A DNA stretch of 64,000 nucleotides from Terriglobia bacterium (GTDB lineage: Bacteria > Acidobacteriota > Terriglobia > 20CM-2-55-15). Below the pieces are notes generated by a model that was given only the letters and a program-made list of their open reading frames with translations, did not search any database and had not been told where the DNA came from. A program made the position numbers and the translations under genes. The stretch spans positions 128,001 to 192,000 of the forward strand of contig CBDCLE010000005.1 of the NCBI GenBank assembly GCA_965218585.1, read 5' to 3'. This document shows, in pieces, positions 57,066-64,000 of this stretch (within the stretch, counting starts at the first letter, position 1; the number at the start of each line of letters is the position of its first letter).

Positions 57066-57815
57066 TTACAGTTTCGTGAGAATCACCGGACCCTCAGGAG
57101 TCACGGCGATGGTGTGTTCGTAATGCGCGGATGGTTTTTCGTCGAGCGTCACGACGGTCCAGCCGTCGTCGAGGATCTTCACTTTCTCGGTTCCCAGGTT
57201 GATCATCGGTTCTAAGGCAAGGACGAGACCCGGTTTGATTCTCGGCCCTTTACCGTTCTGGACGTAATTGAGGACGGGAGGGTCTTCATGGAGCGCTCGC
57301 CCGATTCCATGGCCGCAGAATTCACGAACGATGCCGTAGTTGTGAGGTTCGACCGTTCCCTGGATGGCAGCGGAGACGTCCGCGAGATAGTTTCCGGGCT
57401 GCATCTGCTCAATCCCACGATATAGAGACTCTTCGGTCACCCGCATCAATTCCTTCACTTCCGGTGGGACATCTCCGATCGCGATCGTCATAGCATGGTC
57501 GCCCACGAAGTCGTCGTACGTGATTCCAAAGTCGATCCCAAGGATGTCGCCATCTTTCAGAACATTCTGTTTCGAAGGAATACCGTGAACCACCTCGTGG
57601 TTGATCGACGTGCACAGTGAGGCCGGAAATCCCCGGTAGCCCTTGAAAGTAGGTTTCCCTTTTCTCTTGATCGCTTCTTCCTCGGCTATCTTATCGAGAT
57701 CATAGGTTGAAGCACCGGCCACACAGTTCTCACGGACGATCGCGAGAATCTCGGCGTTGATCGCCGCCGGGGCCTTCATGCGTTCGATCTCCCGGGGTGT
57801 TTTCAGTTGAATCAT
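57066..57815 (-). CDS. map: Type I methionine aminopeptidase
   Basis: C.S.N.EVVHGIP, D.G, GD, GHGIG..LHE.P, EPM, SAH.EHT. Confidence 0.96.
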   Translation of the reverse strand: MIQLKTPREIERMKAPAAINAEILAIVRENCVAGASTYDLDKIAEEEAIKRKGKPTFKGYRGFPASLCTSINHEVVHGIPSKQNVLKDGDILGIDFGITYDDFVGDHAMTIAIGDVPPEVKELMRVTEESLYRGIEQMQPGNYLADVSAAIQGTVEPHNYGIVREFCGHGIGRALHEDPPVLNYVQNGKGPRIKPGLVLALEPMINLGTEKVKILDDGWTVVTLDEKPSAHYEHTIAVTPEGPVILTKL

Positions 57816-57884
57816 CGTTGACCTTGCCTTGGGAACCTATACCGGCGCTAATCTAATTCTAACAAGGTATAATCCTGGATCACA

Positions 57885-58439
57885 ATGGAGGCCAAAAAAA
57901 CGATGGAAGGCCAGCTCAGCGGCAAGAACGTACTCCTGATCGTTCCCCCCACTCAGTTCCGGGAGGAGGAGGTGTTCGAGCCGAAGCGGATACTCGAGAA
58001 AGAAGGTGCGGATCTGGTTGTGGCTTCAACCAGCGCCCGAATCTGCCACGGAACACGCGAAGGTGTGATTGAAGCAACGCTAGGGATGGAAGACGCGAGT
58101 GCGGCATCCTTCGACGCCGTCGTCCTGGCCGGTGGACTGTCTGTCCCCGATTTCTTCTGGAAGGACGAGAAGCTCGCCGCACTGGTCACCGAGATGTCCG
58201 AGGCTGGAAAAATCGTCGCCGCAATCTCTCTCTCTACGGTTGTTCTGGCAAAGGCCAAGTTGCTTGAAGGCCGTGAAGCCACTGTGTACTACCTGCCTGA
58301 AGCACTCGATGAGCTCAAGACCGGAGGGGCCACTTACGTTGAGAAGAAACTTATCGTTGACGGCAACCTGATTATGGCTGAAGGCCCGGATACTGTGAGC
58401 TCCTTTACCAGCGCAATCGTTTCTGCACTGGCCGAATAG
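57885..58439 (+). CDS. DJ-1/PfpI family protein with Ser at the nucleophile position
   Basis: F.EEE, FDAVVL.GG, GK.VAAISLS (canonical AAICHG), G..AT, VDGNLI. Confidence 0.85.
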   Translation: MEAKKTMEGQLSGKNVLLIVPPTQFREEEVFEPKRILEKEGADLVVASTSARICHGTREGVIEATLGMEDASAASFDAVVLAGGLSVPDFFWKDEKLAALVTEMSEAGKIVAAISLSTVVLAKAKLLEGREATVYYLPEALDELKTGGATYVEKKLIVDGNLIMAEGPDTVSSFTSAIVSALAE

Positions 58440-59910
58440 TACTACTGTGTTACAAACGAAGCGGTCCACAGAACGGACCACGAGGAAGCTGCTGAATCAG
58501 GAAGCGGGCGATGCGAATGCGAAGCGTGGCAATCGAGCAGGGGTTATGTCGTTCGGGCCGGATCCGGGGTTCCGCGGGGTTTGAAGTGTTTGGGGAGTTT
58601 GGGGACGGATAGTCCAACATGCTCGACAAATGCAGAGGGGGAAAAACGGCTCCGCTCGGCGACCAGGAACCCATAAGAGGCAATACATAAGGTGCCATGA
58701 TGGTGAAATCCACGCCAGCCGCGACCTTCGTAGTGTCCCAGACCGAGTTCCTGCTTGAGTTCCTGATAGTCGCGTTCGATGATCCAGCGCTGTTTGGCCT
58801 GACCGGCCAGATCGGAAAGCGAGGTATGGGCCCCAAGAGTGGAGAGCCAGTACCGGATCGGTTCGGATGCGGTCTTGGGCCACTCGACCAACAACCACTC
58901 TTTCGGATGCGGCGAGTGGCGCTCGTGATCCAGATGAGCGGGACGAATGCGAACTGCGGCGAAACGGGAACGCAGGGTCTCGGAGGTGCCTTCGCGCCAG
59001 GAGACGTTCTTCCAACGCTGGGGAGACAACGAGAGGGCCAGTTGCTTGACCGAAACCGGTTGATGTTTCTTGTTGCGCTGCATGCGGGTCGGTGTCCGTC
59101 CGCGGCCGGTCAAGGATTTCGGCGGCAAGGGACCCTGGCCCGGTTTCCACACGGTCGTGGTGCCTTGCACCCCTAGGACGTAGCTAAGTCCGAGTTCGGT
59201 GATGCCGTGCCGGAACTTGTAGTTGTTGCCGTAGGCCGTATCGCCCAGAACCGGTGCCGGAGCAATGCCGTCATCGACGGCCTGCCGGATTTGTTCCAAA
59301 GCAATTTGAGGTTTAGTTTGAAATCGAACGTCTTCGGGAATAGCGGCTTTGCTTCGACGTTCCGGATCCTTCGCCCAGGTCTCGGGGAGGTAGAGTCGCC
59401 ATGCCACCGGCAAGCTGGATTTCGCTGTCGCCACCGACAGGCTCACCGCCACCCGGCAGTTCTCAGGTTTGCCGACCTGTCCACAGTATTGCCGGGCCAC
59501 ACCCACCGAGTGGGTCCCCTTTTTCACGAATCCGGTGTCGTCGACAATCCAGGCTTCAATCGGACCGTTGGCTTCCATCGCCCCCAGCGCGTACTGTCGA
59601 ACTTCTGCCAACAGAGCCGCATCGTCCCAGGGCGCATCCGCGACCAGATGATGTAGCGACTGGTGCATTCGGCGTACATTATCCGGAGCCAATCGTGCAG
59701 CCATCGGCTCCACACTCTTACGTTTGATCGGCAGCAACAACCCGGTGCAGTACGACTTCAACGGTTCATGACGATCGGCGTGTCCTGCGGCCGACGCCAG
59801 GCGTTCCAAATAGGCCGCAAAACGTTTTTCCTGAGTGCCTGGCGCCTTCGATTTGGCGCTCATGACCGGATGCTAACATAAAATAGGCCGTTTGTAACAC
59901 AGTAGTACTA
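58437..59910 (-). mobile_element. IS701-family insertion sequence (~1.47 kb)
   Basis: 22-bp perfect terminal inverted repeats TAGTACTACTGTGTTACAAACG (58437-58458) and CGTTTGTAACACAGTAGTACTA (59889-59910); TAG at both junctions. Confidence 0.92.
58544..59863 (-). CDS. IS701-family DDE transposase
   Basis: RKSVEP.A, WIVDDTGF.KKG.HSVGV.RQY.G, LGDTAYG, RW.IE..YQELKQELGL..YEGR.WRG.HHH. Confidence 0.95.
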   Translation of the reverse strand: MSAKSKAPGTQEKRFAAYLERLASAAGHADRHEPLKSYCTGLLLPIKRKSVEPMAARLAPDNVRRMHQSLHHLVADAPWDDAALLAEVRQYALGAMEANGPIEAWIVDDTGFVKKGTHSVGVARQYCGQVGKPENCRVAVSLSVATAKSSLPVAWRLYLPETWAKDPERRSKAAIPEDVRFQTKPQIALEQIRQAVDDGIAPAPVLGDTAYGNNYKFRHGITELGLSYVLGVQGTTTVWKPGQGPLPPKSLTGRGRTPTRMQRNKKHQPVSVKQLALSLSPQRWKNVSWREGTSETLRSRFAAVRIRPAHLDHERHSPHPKEWLLVEWPKTASEPIRYWLSTLGAHTSLSDLAGQAKQRWIIERDYQELKQELGLGHYEGRGWRGFHHHGTLCIASYGFLVAERSRFSPSAFVEHVGLSVPKLPKHFKPRGTPDPARTT

Positions 59911-59922
59911 GGTCTTCGGTCG

Positions 59923-59962
59923 TTAATTCGATTTAATTCAGGGACAGTTAATTCGGGGACTG
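59923..59962. repeat. Three truncated type C repeat ends in tandem
   Basis: TTAATTCG, TTAATTCAGGGACAG, TTAATTCGGGGACTG. Confidence 0.65.
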
Positions 59963-60334
59963 AATGACTTTCACGCTGAAGGTCGTCTCGCGTACCAATT
60001 CGCCTGAAAGGAATATCTGCAACGTGTAGGTGCCGGGTTCGGCGAATGAGACGTTCGTGAAGAAAGTGATGTTGTCGGCAGGGCCTGGATTGGCAATAGT
60101 AAACGGCGAGGGCGTGGAACGGGCTGTTTGCTTACCCTGGGGATCCAGTATTCGCACTTCAGTCTGAAACTCTCCCTGGCCTTCCCAGTGATTCACGACG
60201 GCGAACTTGATCACGCCGGCTGGAAATTTGGGGACGTAAACGTTCTGGAAGACTCCCATCAGAGATATCTTGTTGCCCGCCTCCAGGCGGACATCGTCAC
60301 AGAGGATTGAGTACGTAAGGGTTGCTGAATCCAT
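59948..60334 (-). CDS. DUF6941-like small beta-rich protein
   Basis: ILCDDVR.E..NK.SL.G.F...F.EPG.Y. Confidence 0.75.
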   Translation of the reverse strand: MDSATLTYSILCDDVRLEAGNKISLMGVFQNVYVPKFPAGVIKFAVVNHWEGQGEFQTEVRILDPQGKQTARSTPSPFTIANPGPADNITFFTNVSFAEPGTYTLQIFLSGELVRETTFSVKVIQSPN

Positions 60335-60345
60335 CGAATCCTCCT

Positions 60346-61788
60346 TTATCCCGTCGCCACCGGATCAGTGCCGTCAATCGACTCCTGCCTCAGCCGGTCT
60401 AGCAAACGGCGGTGGATATCATCAAAACCGCCATTTGACATGACCACGACTCGATCGCCGGGCCCGGCGTGGGCTGCGACGAAATCCACTATTTCTTCAG
60501 ACGAGTCCATAACATGCACCTGACCCCCGTCGCGGTTGGCTCGATCGGCCACGCGTTCGGGAGATAGTACGCCGTCTGGTTCCAGGTGCGTAGCTGAATA
60601 AACGGGGGCGATGAGAGCCACGTCCGCGATGCCGAGAGCATCTGAAAATTCGTTTTCGAAAATCCGGCGCCGTGAGGTCTGAGAACGCGGTTCGAAGATA
60701 GCCCATACGCGCGAATCCGGGAACTGGGCCCGAACGCCTCTCAGTGTTTCGCGAACGGCCGTCGGGTGATGGGCGAAATCATCGTAGATGGTGACGCCAG
60801 ACACCTCTCCTAGAATCTCCAGTCGCCTCCGTACGTTTTTGAACCCGGCCAGCGCGGAGTGGATCGCCTCTCTGGACAGCCCCAGATGATGGGCGGCGAT
60901 GACGGCGGCGAGCGCATTCGAGACGTTGAACTCTCCAACGAGCGGAGTCCAGACCGTATGCCAGAGGTGTCCGTCTCTGAGGACGTCGAACCGGGTCCCT
61001 CCTTCCTGGGCGTGTATGTTCCCCGTCGTCCAGTCGCCGGAGGTCAGACCAAATGTCTGGACCGGAGCCGGGGCATCTGCCAACACATCCCGAACGGCGG
61101 GACTTTCAACCCCAGCAACGATCAATCCAGACCGCGGAACAATATTTATCAATCTTCGAAAGGACAACTGGATCTGTTCGAGATCCCGGTAGATGTCTGC
61201 GTGGTCGAACTCTATGTTCTTGATCAGAGCGATGTGAGGAAGATAGTGGAGAAACTTTGGTCCTTTATCAAAGAACGCTGTGTCGTATTCATCGCCTTCG
61301 ATTACGAAGTCGCCCCCGCTCCCGATCCGGTAGCTGCTTCGGAAATTTTCGGCGATGCCCCCCACAAGGAAAGAAGGATCGAGACCTCCGGAATGGAGAA
61401 TCCAGGAGAGGAGGGCCGTCGTCGTCGTCTTCCCATGTGTCCCGGCGACGACAGTCGATCGCCGATCCCGGATAAAGAACTCCTTAACAGTCTCCGCCAT
61501 GGATTTATAAGACAGGCCTTCGTCGAGGACGTATTCGATTTCGGGGTTTCCTCTCGATAACGTATTCCCGATGACCACCAGGTCGGGAGCGGCCTTCTTT
61601 ATATTCGTTTCAGAAAACCCTTCGGTCACAGGTATGCCGAGGCCTTCCAGAAAGGTGGACATCGGGGGATACACGGCCTGGTCGGAACCGGATACGCTGT
61701 ACCCCGTTTCAGCCAGCATCCCGGCCAGCGATGCCATAGCCGTGCCGCATATTCCCGAGAGAAAGACTTTCTTGATTTCGGTGTTCAC
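60346..61788 (-). CDS. mpl: Murein peptide ligase Mpl
   Basis: GICGTAM..LA, YPPMS..L, AGTHGKTTT, EGDEYDTAFFDK.PKF.HY, DDFAHHPTA. Confidence 0.93.
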   Translation of the reverse strand: MNTEIKKVFLSGICGTAMASLAGMLAETGYSVSGSDQAVYPPMSTFLEGLGIPVTEGFSETNIKKAAPDLVVIGNTLSRGNPEIEYVLDEGLSYKSMAETVKEFFIRDRRSTVVAGTHGKTTTTALLSWILHSGGLDPSFLVGGIAENFRSSYRIGSGGDFVIEGDEYDTAFFDKGPKFLHYLPHIALIKNIEFDHADIYRDLEQIQLSFRRLINIVPRSGLIVAGVESPAVRDVLADAPAPVQTFGLTSGDWTTGNIHAQEGGTRFDVLRDGHLWHTVWTPLVGEFNVSNALAAVIAAHHLGLSREAIHSALAGFKNVRRRLEILGEVSGVTIYDDFAHHPTAVRETLRGVRAQFPDSRVWAIFEPRSQTSRRRIFENEFSDALGIADVALIAPVYSATHLEPDGVLSPERVADRANRDGGQVHVMDSSEEIVDFVAAHAGPGDRVVVMSNGGFDDIHRRLLDRLRQESIDGTDPVATG

Positions 61789-61798
61789 TCGCGGGTTC

Positions 61799-62734
61799 TT
61801 ATCCTTCTACTGCGGGTTCCAAAAGTTCGAAACGTGGAGTGTCTTCAAGGGAGAGCCGGGCTGGTACGCCAAAGGGGACGATCACATTCGGTTTAGATGC
61901 GTGGCCGGTTGGAAAACCGAAAAGGATAGGCACGTTCAGATCTGCTAGTGTATCGCCGATGACGTCGTCGATCGTATAGCCCTGCTCGGGATGTTGCACC
62001 GATCCCGGCATCTCACCCAAAACGAAACCCCGGACCGAGTCGAATTTTCCTGCTTGTCTCAGTTGGGTGAGCATGCGGTCCACCTGATAGGGGCGGCAGT
62101 CGGCGTCCTCCAGGATCAGGATCGCATCCGCCGTGTCGATCTCCCACGGTGTTCCCAGGGTCGAGACGACCAGGGAAAGACACCCGCCGGTCAATCGCCC
62201 TTCCGCTCGGCCGTTGTGAAGAATACTGCAGCCCTCTGTGGAGAATTGGATCACCTCTGCGCCCTCAAGCATCCGAACGAGGAGATCTCTCTCGTAGCCG
62301 AGGGCTCCCTGCCGAATGGATGTGGCGACCATCGGACCGTGAAATACCACCAGGCCCGCGGCCTCGAAAGCCGCCAGGAGCATCGTCACATCGCTGCATC
62401 CACAGAAAATCTTAGGGTGTTCCCGGATTTCCTCTCGGTCGATATAGGGCAATATCTGGCCGCTACCGTAGCCGCCGCGTGCACAAAAAATGGCGTGTAC
62501 GTCGTCGTCCAGCAACATCGACCGCAGCGCTTCGGCTCTTTGGCTGACCGGTCCGGCGGTGTATCGATCCAGGTCCAGAATGCCTTCTGCAACACGGGTT
62601 TTGAATCCGAGGGATTCCAGTTCCGCCAGGCCCGCGTTCAGCATTTCAGCCTTGAGATTGCTCCCCGGCGCAATGACGCCGATCGTGTCTCCCCTGCGGA
62701 GGGCTCGGGGCTTGATTGATTCCTGACTGGGCAT
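61799..62734 (-). CDS. ldcA: LD-carboxypeptidase (S66)
   Basis: RGGYGS, G.SD.T, GG.L, ILED, GH; adjacent to mpl. Confidence 0.9.
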   Translation of the reverse strand: MPSQESIKPRALRRGDTIGVIAPGSNLKAEMLNAGLAELESLGFKTRVAEGILDLDRYTAGPVSQRAEALRSMLLDDDVHAIFCARGGYGSGQILPYIDREEIREHPKIFCGCSDVTMLLAAFEAAGLVVFHGPMVATSIRQGALGYERDLLVRMLEGAEVIQFSTEGCSILHNGRAEGRLTGGCLSLVVSTLGTPWEIDTADAILILEDADCRPYQVDRMLTQLRQAGKFDSVRGFVLGEMPGSVQHPEQGYTIDDVIGDTLADLNVPILFGFPTGHASKPNVIVPFGVPARLSLEDTPRFELLEPAVEG

Positions 62735-62742
62735 GCCCTATC

Positions 62743-63729
62743 TCACGACCGCCGTTTTTCCCACGCCTCGGCGTTCACCAGGTTTGCGGGGTGTTCTCCG
62801 TTTAAACCGGCCAAGAGGTTTTGGCTGGCCATCATGCACATTCGTAGCCGCGTTTCATGGGAGCTGCTCGCGATATGAGGCGCCAGCACGGCGTTGTCGA
62901 GTTCCGTAAGGCCGTCTTCGAGGGCAGGTTCGCGCTCGTAAACATCGAGTCCCGCTCCGGCGATCGTGCCACTGCCGAGCGCGGCGACCAGAGCCTTCTC
63001 ATCGACGATCGGGCCACGCGAGGTGTTGACAAGGATCGCCGTTTCTTTCATGGACGCGAGTGCTGCATCATCGACAAGGTGGTGCGTACTATCGAGAAGT
63101 GGAACGTGGAGGCTCACGAAATCGGATTCCTTCAGCAGTCCGTCCAAGCTGACGACCTCTACTCCAAGATCGGCCACAATGTCGTCAGGCACCGGATGCG
63201 CATCGCAGGCGAGGATTCGCATTCCAAATCCACTCGCTCTTCGGGCAACCGCCTGCCCGATCCGTCCCAGGCCCACGATGCCCAGAACCTTGCCAAATAC
63301 GTCATGGCCCAGAAGCATACGAGGCCCCCAGGCGTCGAATCTTCCTTCCCGCACGAAACGGTCTCCCTCGACCGCACGGCGCGCCGTGGCCAGCATCAGC
63401 GTCCATGCGAAATCGGCAGTCGTCTCGGTCAGAACGCCCGGTGTGTTTGTGACCAGAATGCCGCGCTCTGTCGCGGCGTCGATGTCGATGTTGTTGAAGC
63501 CCACCGCGAAATTGGCGACGACTTTCAGTTTGGGACATCGATCCATCAGGTCCCGATCGATGGAGTCTGTAAGCAGAGTAAGCACGCCGTCCACGTCGGA
63601 AAGACCGGCTTCCAGTTCGTCCGGGTCCAGGACCCGGTCGGTTCGGTTCCCAGCGACGTCGACGTGCTCCTTCAGGAAGGAAACCGCCTCGTCGAACACC
63701 CGCCGGGTCACGAAGATCTTTCCAGGCAC
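62743..63729 (-). CDS. D-glycerate dehydrogenase / glyoxylate reductase
   Basis: AVGFNNID, NTPGVL, GLGRIG, NTSRG, LDVYE.EP, PHIAS; GGAG RBS before GTG 63729. Confidence 0.92.
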   Translation of the reverse strand: MPGKIFVTRRVFDEAVSFLKEHVDVAGNRTDRVLDPDELEAGLSDVDGVLTLLTDSIDRDLMDRCPKLKVVANFAVGFNNIDIDAATERGILVTNTPGVLTETTADFAWTLMLATARRAVEGDRFVREGRFDAWGPRMLLGHDVFGKVLGIVGLGRIGQAVARRASGFGMRILACDAHPVPDDIVADLGVEVVSLDGLLKESDFVSLHVPLLDSTHHLVDDAALASMKETAILVNTSRGPIVDEKALVAALGSGTIAGAGLDVYEREPALEDGLTELDNAVLAPHIASSSHETRLRMCMMASQNLLAGLNGEHPANLVNAEAWEKRRS

Positions 63730-63888
63730 ATCAATACTCCAAACCAAGGGCACCGCTGAGCTTAAGCTATCCCGGCCCTTGCCGGGGGGCCCGGGAACCA
63801 TTGTCGGCTTGGACACACTTGAAGTTCTCAAGCCTATGATATAATTCGTAGCTTTGTCGAACCTGATTAGCAATAGGAGTTGGATGGA

Positions 63889-64000
63889 ATGAATCGTGTT
63901 TCACTTCTTGCTGCGGCCTTACTCCTGCTCGGCGCTTGTAGCGCGCCAGCGGAAACCGAGTCCACCGAACCCGATAGCGTCGTAACGTTTTTTGAAGGTG
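63889..64000 (+). CDS. Lipoprotein, 5' end only
   Basis: MNRVSLLAAALLLLGAC lipobox; AGGAG RBS; open to the window end. Confidence 0.7.
   Translation, partial: MNRVSLLAAALLLLGACSAPAETESTEPDSVVTFFEG

Overview
Mostly core genome of a GC-rich bacterium, most likely Acidobacteriota (acidobacterial-type VWA protein, divergent Hfq-like protein, psd-pssA-asd-like order); the taxon is inferred. Housekeeping blocks: guaA 5' end, psd-pssA, tsaB-rimI, mutS-nagZ, tsaC, rarA, trpS-scpA-scpB-rluB, ccsA-hemACD, ku-yggS-yggU, thiI-tmk-holB-hfq-like-pdxA, truA-uppS-cdsA-dxr-rseP-fur, pilD, ctpA-aroB-menG, tatAC, tRNA-Ala(CGC), map, mpl-ldcA. Accessory parts: a madLM + malonyl-CoA synthetase cassette; an island of secreted proteins at about 28.9-35.6 kb (DUF6152-like protein and partner, PAL-like NHL propeller, three CxxCH proteins, YVTN propeller) with one frameshift and one in-frame TGA; a second DUF6152-like/partner pair at 12.4-13.7 kb; an intact IS701-family element; and several non-coding GGGGACA(G/C)-tagged palindromic repeats plus a ~108-bp structured repeat. 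Best leads: (1) a glutaminyl-cyclase-like M28 enzyme together with Gln at +1 of most predicted signal-peptidase-I substrates (a possible Q-rule outside Bacteroidetes); (2) the duplicated HH-N-terminus DUF6152-like/4-Cys partner module; (3) the repeat system; (4) a 72-aa in-frame-collapsed Asd-like minigene. All family calls come from motif recognition by eye; no database searches were run.
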